This document shows positions 52,482 to 64,000 of a stretch of DNA of 64,000 nucleotides, one piece after another. The position numbers and the translations under genes were made by a program. Position 1 is the stretch's first letter. Each line of letters opens with the position of its first letter. The stretch spans positions 15,006 through 79,005 of the forward strand of contig JAJYQO010000079.1 of assembly GCA_021794575.1 (NCBI GenBank). Reading direction: 5' to 3'. Source of the stretch: Pseudomonadota bacterium (GTDB lineage: Bacteria; Pseudomonadota; Gammaproteobacteria; Xanthomonadales; Rhodanobacteraceae). The notes beneath the pieces are model-generated. The model was not told where the DNA came from. It saw only the letters and a program-made list of their open reading frames with translations, and made no database searches.

Positions 52482-52844
52482 TCACACACGGATGATGTCG
52501 CGCTTGATCGAATACAGGATGGCGATCACGTCGTTGCGGGTATCCGTATCCAGTCCGTGTTTTTCCATCGTCCCGACGATGTCGTCCATCACCGCCAGAT
52601 ATTCCTGTTCGCTGATATTCATGCCCTTGTGGGCCGCAAGCATGTCCTTGCCCGTGTAGGCCTCAGGCCCACCCGCGCCGGCGCCAAAGAATTCACGCGC
52701 CATGCGCTTGGCATGCTGCATATCCTTGATGTTTTCAAAGCGGGTTTTGACGACGGGATTGACCAGATGCGCGGCGATCACGTCATCGACGAGAGCGGCG
52801 ATGCCGGGTGCGCCGCCCAGACGTTCATAGAGTGTCGTGTTCAT
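52482..52844 (-). CDS. Group I truncated (2/2) hemoglobin
   Basis: LYERLGG, GGP..YTG.DM..AH.GM (proximal His), GGAGG RBS. Confidence 0.9.
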   Translation of the reverse strand: MNTTLYERLGGAPGIAALVDDVIAAHLVNPVVKTRFENIKDMQHAKRMAREFFGAGAGGPEAYTGKDMLAAHKGMNISEQEYLAVMDDIVGTMEKHGLDTDTRNDVIAILYSIKRDIIRV

Positions 52845-53031
52845 GGAGCCCTCCACCCGGGTCGATCAAGTGGTTTGCGTAGATGCCGATCCGCACTGTT
52901 GGCAGAATCCACCGCGCAGAGCCGCGCCGGTTTTCCGCACGCAGCGCCGGTGCCGATGCGCCAATGAGAGAGCGCTGCGTGCGCGCCGACAGCTCTTGCC
53001 GCTGTAAATCGCGCGCTCCTTGGGTCGGCCA

Positions 53032-53051
53032 GCGACACGACATCGTGTCGC
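53032..53051. other. Perfect 8-bp inverted repeat downstream of fapF (possible terminator or operator)
   Basis: GCGACACG-ACAT-CGTGTCGC; no T-tract. Confidence 0.4.
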
Positions 53052-53106
53052 CCGCAGGCGTGGCTTTCGCAACTTGCCGATCACAGAGCACACGCGCTGC
53101 AACATT

Positions 53107-54492
53107 TCACAACACGAACGGTAGCTTGGCGGTGATGCTGAAATCCGGCGCGTCGGGTGTCAGGCCGATGCCGAGATTGCCGACGAAAGTCATGCGTTCG
53201 CTGAGCGCGTAGGTCATGCCGATGCCTAGCGTGGCGGCGTTGCCGTCGCTACCGATGATCCTCTCCCATAGACCAGTGGCGTCGGGGCGGATCCTGGCGC
53301 TGCCATTCAAACGTTGCGCCAGACTCATGCTGAGACTCATGCGTTCGTTGAGCGCAAAGGCCACGCCAATGCCGTAGTTGAAGGCGTTACCGAGGTCGAC
53401 CCTGCCGGGACTGACCGTGTCCGGGCTAGTGTCCAGGTCGGCGAAGTGCCTGGCGAATGTATGGGTTATGCCGACATTGGCGAACAGGATGGCCGGATCG
53501 AGTGTTTTCAGCATCGAGGCACCGAAATTCACGCCCCACACGCCCTGCCCGGTGGGCTGCCGGGTGGGCACGGCGAAACGGATGAAATTGTCGTTGTCGC
53601 GCTCGAGCACGTTCCACGAGATGCCATAGGGCGCTTGTCCGGTGGGGATGCCCACGCTGGCGTTGAGTGCGATTTCCGGCCGCGTCGGAGTCTCGGGAAA
53701 CAGCCGGTAGCTGCTGCTCAGGGTGACATCGCCGACTGCCACGTCACCGCCCACGTTGGCCTCGGCGACAGCCGCGGCCGACCCGCCGGCGCCGCCCTTC
53801 TGGTAGGTGGTCCAGCGCTGCACGAAGGGCACTTCGATGCTGGCCGAGATGTCGCGGGTAATGCCTTTGCGCGCGGCCAGGGTGTAGGTGAAGGTATCGG
53901 AAGCGACACGCTCGACTGCGATCGAGCCCAGGAAGATCGCATCCAGCGCCAGGAAGCCGTTCAACGTAAGTTGTTTGCGGTCGTAACGCGCGTAGTTGAG
54001 TCCCGCCTCCAGCGTCAGCGGCTGGTTGAACAGTACGTGTTGCTGCTGTAGCACGTCTTCGACGCTGCGCGAAGCGGGCTCCTTGCGCGTGCTGCCCTCG
54101 CTGCCGATCAGGGCCTCGGAGCCGCCCATGGGCGCCTGAGCAATCGCGGCGGCGGCCGTGGTGGCGACCGGAGGCGACGATGCCGTTGCTGCAGCGGCGC
54201 CAGCCTGCTGCTGCAGCGCCTGCACGCGCGCCACGCCTTCTTGCGCCTGCACACGCGCGGTCAGCGCCTGCAGGCGGATTTCCAACTCGCGCAGCTTGCG
54301 CACTTCATCGGCATAACGCGATTTGAGTGCTCGCAGTTCGCCGGCCATGGCTTGCACGTCCTGCGCGTTCTCCGCCGCAGCAGCGGTGCCGCCGGCACGC
54401 TGTGCAGCAGTCTGTTGCGCCTGCGCGGACGACTGGACCGCCAGGGCGACCACGACCAGCGCCAGCAGCGCGCCACTGTTGATACGGTGCAT
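53107..54492 (-). CDS. fapF: FapF-like amyloid secretion beta-barrel with N-terminal coiled coil
   Basis: Signal peptide, coiled coil (LKSRYADEVRKLRELEIRL), LNGFLALDAIFLG.I, GDV...SY, PTG..PYG, PTGQGVWG, DPAILF, GLTPDAPDF. Confidence 0.88.
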   Translation of the reverse strand: MHRINSGALLALVVVALAVQSSAQAQQTAAQRAGGTAAAAENAQDVQAMAGELRALKSRYADEVRKLRELEIRLQALTARVQAQEGVARVQALQQQAGAAAATASSPPVATTAAAAIAQAPMGGSEALIGSEGSTRKEPASRSVEDVLQQQHVLFNQPLTLEAGLNYARYDRKQLTLNGFLALDAIFLGSIAVERVASDTFTYTLAARKGITRDISASIEVPFVQRWTTYQKGGAGGSAAAVAEANVGGDVAVGDVTLSSSYRLFPETPTRPEIALNASVGIPTGQAPYGISWNVLERDNDNFIRFAVPTRQPTGQGVWGVNFGASMLKTLDPAILFANVGITHTFARHFADLDTSPDTVSPGRVDLGNAFNYGIGVAFALNERMSLSMSLAQRLNGSARIRPDATGLWERIIGSDGNAATLGIGMTYALSERMTFVGNLGIGLTPDAPDFSITAKLPFVL

Positions 54493-54543
54493 GCCTGCCT
54501 CCTCCCCTGTGTGTGTGATGCACTTGCACCCGCGCGCTGCCGC

Positions 54544-55344
54544 TCAGCGGCCGCCGTGCAGGCCTTGCAGCAAGCCCAGCGACAACGCCACGTTCTGCCG
54601 TAGTTGCAATGCCGCGCCCGTGCTGGGCTGCACCAGCGTGATGCGCAACTGGTTGCCGACGTCATGCCCATCACCGAGCAAGCTGACCGTTTGCAGCACC
54701 GACCCGCCGCCCGAGGCATCGCCGCGGATGATCTGGCGCAGGCTGCCTTGCCCATCCACGCCCAGCGTCACCGCCATGCTGTCCGGTTGCAGCGCTACGC
54801 TGGCGTTGGCATCGCCCACGGCCAGGGCGGTATTGCCGGCGATGCCCGCATCGGAGCTCGCCGGCAAAGTGGTGGTGACGTGCAGTTCGGTGCTGTTGCC
54901 GGCGCTGTTGTGGTCGCCCACTATCTGTATGCCCTGGGCGATGCCGCTGACATTGGCGAGGCCGCTGGCGTCGATGCTGCGCCCGGTGGTGTCCACCAGC
55001 GCGCCGCTGCCGCTGCCCTGCACGATGCTGACTGTGGGTACGAAGGTGACCTGCGGCATGCCCTTGCTGAAATCAAAACTCAACAGCGCACTGCCGCTAA
55101 GCACTCGCCCATCGGGGCTGTGCCAGGTGGATAGCATCTCGACACCGAAGTACAGAATCTGCCCGGTGCCGGTGATGAAGCGTCCGCGCATGCTGTCCAG
55201 CGTGCTGTCGGACACGGGCTGAACATCGCGCGCAGGCTGTGGAATGCGCTCGTCCAGCGTACCCTCCGCCGCACCTACACCGAACGGCGCAAGCGACAAG
55301 GCCAGCAGCAGGACAAGCAGGCGAATTTTGATCGGCTGATTCAT
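54544..55344 (-). CDS. fapE: FapE-like protein
   Basis: Signal peptide, VSDSTLDSMRGRF...ILYFGVEM..TW; position between fapD and fapF. Confidence 0.78.
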   Translation of the reverse strand: MNQPIKIRLLVLLLALSLAPFGVGAAEGTLDERIPQPARDVQPVSDSTLDSMRGRFITGTGQILYFGVEMLSTWHSPDGRVLSGSALLSFDFSKGMPQVTFVPTVSIVQGSGSGALVDTTGRSIDASGLANVSGIAQGIQIVGDHNSAGNSTELHVTTTLPASSDAGIAGNTALAVGDANASVALQPDSMAVTLGVDGQGSLRQIIRGDASGGGSVLQTVSLLGDGHDVGNQLRITLVQPSTGAALQLRQNVALSLGLLQGLHGGR

Positions 55345-55390
55345 GTGATACCTCGCTGTATGCGCCTGTCGTCGCACATTTCGCGCGCGC

Positions 55391-56101
55391 TCAGAACAGG
55401 TCGGCATGGGTGAATCCGAAATCGATCAATTCGGCATCGGTGATCGGTCCCTGGCGGCTGCCCAGCAGGGCGCGCGCGCTGGGTCCGCTGCGCACGTCCA
55501 GCAGCACGGTATTGCGGTCGAAGCCTGATCCGATCACCACGAACACCGCCCTGGATGGCCAGGCCGCCATGAATTCGTCGAACGTGTAGATTTTGTTGCC
55601 CAGCGCCGGGTCAGCGGTGTACACGCGATCGCCCATCACGCGCTTGAGCACCACGAAGTGCTTGTAGCCCTTGCTGTCCAGCAGCACGATGCCGGGCACG
55701 CGCAGACTGCGCAGACGCTGTTCGCTCACCTTGTAGCCGCGGCCGCGCATGCCCAGTCCCTCGACATAGCGCTTGATGTCCAGCATCGAAAAGCCCTGCT
55801 TCTCGACAATGGCCGGATTGGCCTTGGCCAGCATGCCGGCCATCACCGTCCACTCGTCCACGCCGATGCCGTATGCATACTTCAACAGCGTGGCCAGCGC
55901 CGCCGCGCCGCAGCTGAAATCGGTGTTCTGCGGCACGATGTTGCGGAAGCGCGCCTCGCGCAGGCTGGTGACCCTACCGGTATACATCTCGCCTGTAGGC
56001 AGCACATCGCCGAAGCGGATGTCGGCCGCCCGCGCGGAACCGCTGACCGCGAGAACCAGCCAACTCCACAACAGCATCGTGCGTGCGTGGCGAGTATCCA
56101 T
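55391..56101 (-). CDS. fapD: FapD-like C39 peptidase
   Basis: Signal peptide; PQNTDFSCGAAALATLL (Q/C), KHFVVL (H), TADPALG (D). Confidence 0.9.
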   Translation of the reverse strand: MDTRHARTMLLWSWLVLAVSGSARAADIRFGDVLPTGEMYTGRVTSLREARFRNIVPQNTDFSCGAAALATLLKYAYGIGVDEWTVMAGMLAKANPAIVEKQGFSMLDIKRYVEGLGMRGRGYKVSEQRLRSLRVPGIVLLDSKGYKHFVVLKRVMGDRVYTADPALGNKIYTFDEFMAAWPSRAVFVVIGSGFDRNTVLLDVRSGPSARALLGSRQGPITDAELIDFGFTHADLF

Positions 56102-56140
56102 TGAAGGCTGATGCGTGATGGGGTCTCGATACCGGAAAGT

Positions 56141-56164
56141 GCGGGGCGGCGTAGGCCGCCCCGC
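56141..56164 (-). terminator. GC-rich hairpin between fapC and fapD
   Basis: GCGGGGCGGC-GTAG-GCCGCCCCGC, followed on the minus strand by ACTTTCC. Confidence 0.6.
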
Positions 56165-56184
56165 CTGTCACGTCCGTGTCGCGA

Positions 56185-57567
56185 TCACTCGGGAGGCGTG
56201 CCGCCACCGCCGCCCGTGCTGGGCTGCGTCACCGCCAGCGCCAGCGAGTTGGCCTGCTGGTTGCCGGTGCCCGAAGCGATGTTGACGCCGATGTTGCCCT
56301 GCGCGTTCTGCAGCGCCGAGCCGTTCAGCGACGCGGAATTGCTGGACATCACCGCCACGTAGCTGTAGTCGATGACGTAGCCCGACAGTTGCGCGGTCAT
56401 CTCTTCCAGACTGATCTCGCCGTTGTCGTTCATGACCAGCGAGCCGCCATCGTTGCTGGGATCCCCCGGATCGCTGCCCGGCGTGCGGCTGATGTTGTTG
56501 TTGTTGATGTCGGTCAACTGGGTGTTCGTATCCCAGTCGGTATGGCCCAGCCACGGCCCGCTGGTCGGATGCGGCGAGGACGGCGACTCACCCGACGCCT
56601 TGCCCCAGTTGTCGGGGTACATGTTGTAGCGCTGGTCCGAGGTGCCGGTATAGGTGCCATGGATCGAGCCACCCTCGTTACTGCCGGTGATGGTGCCGGA
56701 CAGGCTGATGCCGACGAGATCCACGAAGGTCTGCACGTAGCCCTCGTTGAGCGTGTAGTTGCCGCCCGAATCCTGCTTGCTGTTGACCGAGGCCGTGGCC
56801 ATGCTGTTGGTGCCGGTCGAGGCCACCAGGTTGTTTTGCTGCTGGTTGTTGTTGCCGGCCGCGATATTGACGCCAATGTTGCCCGTCGCGTTCTGCAGTG
56901 CGTTGCCGCCGAGGTTGGCGGTGTTGGTCTGACCGAAGTTGCCGGTAGTGTTGTTGGCATTGAGCTGCTCGACGAACACTTCCGAGTCGGCCATGGTGAA
57001 GGCGAACGAGGCGTCCGCCGCAGCCAGGGCCGCCGCGTTGTGCTGCTGGTTGTTGTCGCCCGCTGCCACGTTCAGACCGATGTTGCCCTGCGCATTCTGG
57101 GCCGCGTCGTCGGCGATCGACGCATCGTTGGCTAGCAGATAGTTTTCACCGCTGTTTTCGACATTGTGCTGGCGGTTGTCGACCACGGCGATGGCGGCGG
57201 AGTCGGTGTTGATGCTGCCGCTGACGGTGGGATCGCCGGTGATGCTGACGTCGGTCAGCAGGCTCAGATCCTTGTTCATGCGCACGCGGCGGATCGAGGT
57301 GTCGCTGTTGACGTCGACGTTCTCGTCGTACACCACATCGCTGTAGATGTAGCTGACCGAGTTCAGCAGGTAATTGCGGATCCAGTCCTGCTGGTCGAGC
57401 GTGTAGTTCAGCGTGGTGTTGTCGGTGTAGGCGTAGTTCAACCATATCGCGCACTGTCCGGCGCCCACGTTGATACCCGTGCAATCCTGTGCGAACGCTG
57501 CCGGAGCAACACCACCCGCGCCGGCCAGAATGGCCAGCGCCAGCAAGTTTCGTTTCAAGTTACGCAT
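56185..57567 (-). CDS. fapC: FapC-like major amyloid subunit, long form (460 aa)
   Basis: Signal peptide; three repeats N.A.(I/L)...A.QNA.GNIG(L/V)N(V/I)A(A/S)G..NQQ.N..A. Confidence 0.88.
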   Translation of the reverse strand: MRNLKRNLLALAILAGAGGVAPAAFAQDCTGINVGAGQCAIWLNYAYTDNTTLNYTLDQQDWIRNYLLNSVSYIYSDVVYDENVDVNSDTSIRRVRMNKDLSLLTDVSITGDPTVSGSINTDSAAIAVVDNRQHNVENSGENYLLANDASIADDAAQNAQGNIGLNVAAGDNNQQHNAAALAAADASFAFTMADSEVFVEQLNANNTTGNFGQTNTANLGGNALQNATGNIGVNIAAGNNNQQQNNLVASTGTNSMATASVNSKQDSGGNYTLNEGYVQTFVDLVGISLSGTITGSNEGGSIHGTYTGTSDQRYNMYPDNWGKASGESPSSPHPTSGPWLGHTDWDTNTQLTDINNNNISRTPGSDPGDPSNDGGSLVMNDNGEISLEEMTAQLSGYVIDYSYVAVMSSNSASLNGSALQNAQGNIGVNIASGTGNQQANSLALAVTQPSTGGGGGTPPE

Positions 57568-57597
57568 TGCTGCATCTCCTGTCGTTGGAATGGACTT

Positions 57598-58224
57598 TCA
57601 ACGGGGTGGCAGATCGATGGCAATGAGCAGGCGGTTGCCCGCTGTGTTGCCCATGCCGGCGATCTGATTGAGTTGCACCACCCCCTCCGCCCCACGCAAC
57701 GCCGTACCCGCAACGGACGCCGAGCGTGGCGAGGAAGATGGATTGACTTGCGAGCGGCCCCCCGTGGCGCCGTTCGTTTGCGTGCCGAGATCCGCCAGTC
57801 TCGCGCTGGTGGACTCCTCGATACCCTGCTGCGCCAGCGCCATCACCACCGCGATGCTGTTCGCTTCGCGATTGCCGATGCCGCTGGCCTGGTTCACGGA
57901 GATCAATCCGCGCGCACCGGAAAGCGCATTGCCGCCGATGCTGGCGATCATCGCGTCGGGTACGCTGGCCGTGAGGGCCTGGATGCGCTGCCGCTGCTCA
58001 ATCTGGACCTGCGCCTGCGCGCCGACGGCGATGGCCTGCGCATTCGATTGCAGGTTGAAATCGCCGGCGGCCAGATTGACCGCGATGACGCCGTTGGCAC
58101 CCGCCAGCGCGTTGCCGTCGATACTGCTGCTGGTGAGGTAGCCCAGCATCTCGGCGTAGGTGACTTGCGCACGTGCCGAGCACGAGCCCAGCAGCAGGAT
58201 GCACAAAGCGAGAAGGCGGGCCAT
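57598..58224 (-). CDS. fapB: FapB-like minor amyloid subunit (nucleator)
   Basis: Signal peptide; three repeats S(I/V).G.AL.GA.G.(I/V).(V/L)N..(A/S)G..N...N. Confidence 0.85.
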   Translation of the reverse strand: MARLLALCILLLGSCSARAQVTYAEMLGYLTSSSIDGNALAGANGVIAVNLAAGDFNLQSNAQAIAVGAQAQVQIEQRQRIQALTASVPDAMIASIGGNALSGARGLISVNQASGIGNREANSIAVVMALAQQGIEESTSARLADLGTQTNGATGGRSQVNPSSSPRSASVAGTALRGAEGVVQLNQIAGMGNTAGNRLLIAIDLPPR

Positions 58225-58724
58225 CAGCCGCCGCCCTTGATCAGGCCCGCGCCCTGCAAGGCGCCGGTAACCTGATTGCCGATGCCGCGAGTAGCACCGC
58301 CCATCGCACCGAGCACGCCGCCGGGTCCGCCGGTCGAAATGGCCGGCGCGCCGCCAACGCCATGCAGACTGCCGTCAAGCAATCCGGCACCTTTCAGCGC
58401 GCCACCGACCGCGTCCCTGGCGAGCATTCCGGCGGGTGCGCCGCTACTGAGCGTGGAAAACGCGGCATCATCGAGTTCGAGATCGCCCAGCATGCCCTGC
58501 ATTTCAGGCCGCACGCTGGGATCGATGATTGTGGCAAGACCAGGCGGCTGTTTGCGAGTGGCGCTACGGTCCGGGACGGCACGTACCAGCACGAACTCCC
58601 CGGGACGGGTGTGGACGCCGCGCCGCACGCCGGCGGCTTCCGCCGGCACGGCCAACAGGCCCAGCACCAGCAGTGCCGCCAACAGCAATACCGAACTGAT
58701 GAATACACGCGGAAACTTGAGCAC
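58224..58724 (-). CDS. fapA: FapA-like accessory protein
   Basis: AAGGAG RBS with GTG at 58724; signal peptide; GEFVLVR.VP, ELDDAAFSTLSSG, Gly-rich C-terminus; first gene of the operon. Confidence 0.72.
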   Translation of the reverse strand: MLKFPRVFISSVLLLAALLVLGLLAVPAEAAGVRRGVHTRPGEFVLVRAVPDRSATRKQPPGLATIIDPSVRPEMQGMLGDLELDDAAFSTLSSGAPAGMLARDAVGGALKGAGLLDGSLHGVGGAPAISTGGPGGVLGAMGGATRGIGNQVTGALQGAGLIKGGG

Positions 58725-58749
58725 GGGTCTCTCCTTAAGCAGGTAGAGA

Positions 58750-58765
58750 AGCACAACCTGTGCCA
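58750..58765 (-). promoter_or_regulatory. sigma54 (-24/-12) promoter of the fap operon
   Basis: Minus strand TGGCACAGGTTGTGCT (GG-N10-GC), ending 25 nt before the fapA start; near-IHF site ATTCAATGCGTTG at 58784-58796. Confidence 0.72.
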
Positions 58766-59225
58766 ACTCATTCATACCCATGGATTCAATGCGTTGCGAG
58801 GCTTCTGGCGCACTCGACATCCCACACGCTGTCGCGTCTGCGATACAGCCGCGCGGGAGTCATACGGAACATTCGTTGTCGGCGCTGGCTTTGCGCGCGA
58901 AAGCGCCTGTTGCAGCGACGACACAACCGTCTTGCCAAAGCCTCACGGGCTCACATGGATCGCGTTCGCGCACGCGTTCCACGGCATCGCGAGGCGCGCA
59001 CCGGCCGATTGCCGGATGGCAACGGACGATGCGTTGGCGCGAGGCGCGGACAACGAATCGGGCGCAGGTGCGCTATTGCCCGGAATCCTGCCGGCGGTCG
59101 CAAGCGCACGGCGCGACCCGTGTCAGCGCTGGTATCCCGAACAGTCGGCTACGGTCCGGTATACGACGGCCGCTAACATGAACAAATCCGCCGTTCTGAT
59201 CACCACAGCGAACTATGCTGTCGTC

Positions 59226-62960
<3,735 letters not shown>

Positions 62961-62964
<4 letters not shown>

Positions 62965-64000
62965 GACTGGCCTCCACTGACTGCGGCGGCGGCGGGCGCG
63001 GTCACGGAACTGGCAGGCGCGACGCTGCCCGAGGTGGACGCCGGTGCCTGCTGCAGCATCGTACCCGCGCCGGACAGCGCGGCCTTGGGTGTGGCCGGCG
63101 CCGTACCGCCCTGCGGCAGCGGCAGGTAGATCAGGTTGCGGCCATTGCTCTCGTCCAGCACCTTGGTGTTGGCGGCCATCACCTGTTCGATGGTTTCCAG
63201 CCACAGACGCTTGCGGGTCACCGCCGGCGCTGCGCGATACTCATCGAGCATCAGCAGGAAGCGCTGCGCGTCGCCCTGGGCGCGCGCCTCGCGCGTCGCC
63301 TCGTAGGCCTGCGCGTCGGCGATGATGCGCGCGGCGTCACCACGCGCTTCGGGAAGAATCTTGCTGGCGTAGGCTTTGGCCTCGTTCTCGATGCGCTGCT
63401 TGTCCTCGCGGGCCTTGTTGACGTCGTCGAAGGCGGCTTTCACTTCGGACGGTGGTGCGATGTTCTGGAAGTTGACCTCGGTGATGGTGATGCCGGCTTT
63501 GTAGCTGTTCAGCAGTTGCTGCAACGCCCGCTGCGTGGCCGCCACCATGGCCGCACCCTCGCCGGACAGGATCGTATCCATGGTGCTGGCGCCGACCACG
63601 CGGCGCACCGAGGCCTCGGCGGCCTGACGCACGGCCGCGTCGGGATCCTGCATCGAAAACAGATACTGCTCGGCGTTGTTGACCTGGTACTGGATGTTGA
63701 AGTCGACCTGCACGATGTTCTCGTCCTTGGTCAGCATCTGCATCTTGTCCGAGACCGAGCGCACCGAGGTCATGTCGACCTTACGCACCGTCTCGATGGG
63801 CCGCGGCAGCACGAAATGGAAGCCCGGCGCCAGGGTACGGTCGTAGGCGCCGAAGCGCGTCACCACGCCCACCTGGCTGGCGTTGATCACCGTCCACGAG
63901 TCGAACAGCAGCCAGGCCAGCAGCAGGGCGATCACGATGGTGCCGATGCCGCCCGCGCCGCCGCCGCCGCCACTGCGCAGGGCGCCAAGACGTTGGCGCA
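62961..64000 (-). CDS. hflK: FtsH modulator HflK (5' end outside the window)
   Basis: GVVTRFG, MLTKDENIV, AFDDVNKARED, A.AYE...A.GDA.RF, TRKRLWLET. Confidence 0.95.

Noticed and set aside
52941-52955. Second sigma54-like site (CGGCAC-N5-CTGC, minus strand) upstream of the globin
   Set aside because: Both elements deviate from consensus and are GC-rich, so a chance match is likely
58880-58940. c-di-GMP-I riboswitch-like fragments (GGCAAG...CGCAAAGCC on the minus strand)
   Set aside because: No GAAA tetraloop/receptor or GGTCTAA element, and it lies upstream of the sigma54 promoter so it would not be in the fap mRNA
58173-59225. N-terminal extension of the 873-aa GGDEF ORF
   Set aside because: Overlaps fapA antisense and the fap promoter; the coding-like sequence starts near 59226

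Overview
GC-rich gammaproteobacterial chromosome segment. Gene order and sequence features (hrcA-grpE-dnaK-dnaJ, recN...fur-bamE-ratB-ratA-smpB-ssrA, Xanthomonas-type serine O-succinyltransferase) point to Xanthomonadales/Rhodanobacteraceae; this is inference. The backbone is housekeeping: orn, sbcB, galU/wbpM/wbpL, lapAB, ihfB, rpsA, cmk, epmA, heat-shock operon, recN, fur, tmRNA, ppsR/ppsA, pxpBCA-DUF969-DUF979-pcp, purA, hflKC and tRNA-Leu(CAA). Five accessory elements stand out. (1) A BigR/SqrR-type sulfide-response module (RND pump, DUF2892) whose sulfide:quinone oxidoreductase has decayed to a frameshifted stub. (2) An uncharacterised secreted protein plus beta-barrel pair. (3) A MASE1/NarL two-component pair followed by an unannotated, multi-hairpin, GGA-rich candidate small RNA (~38221-38442) with tandem palindromic operator-like boxes upstream; similar motifs recur at 46364-46460. 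(4) A fused, decayed Phd/PIN toxin-antitoxin relic beside tmRNA. (5) A complete fapABCDEF-like functional-amyloid operon with an unusually long FapC, a sigma54 promoter, an internal hairpin and a divergent GAF-GGDEF cyclase. No CRISPR array, integrase or transposase was seen. All family calls come from motif recognition by eye, not database searches.
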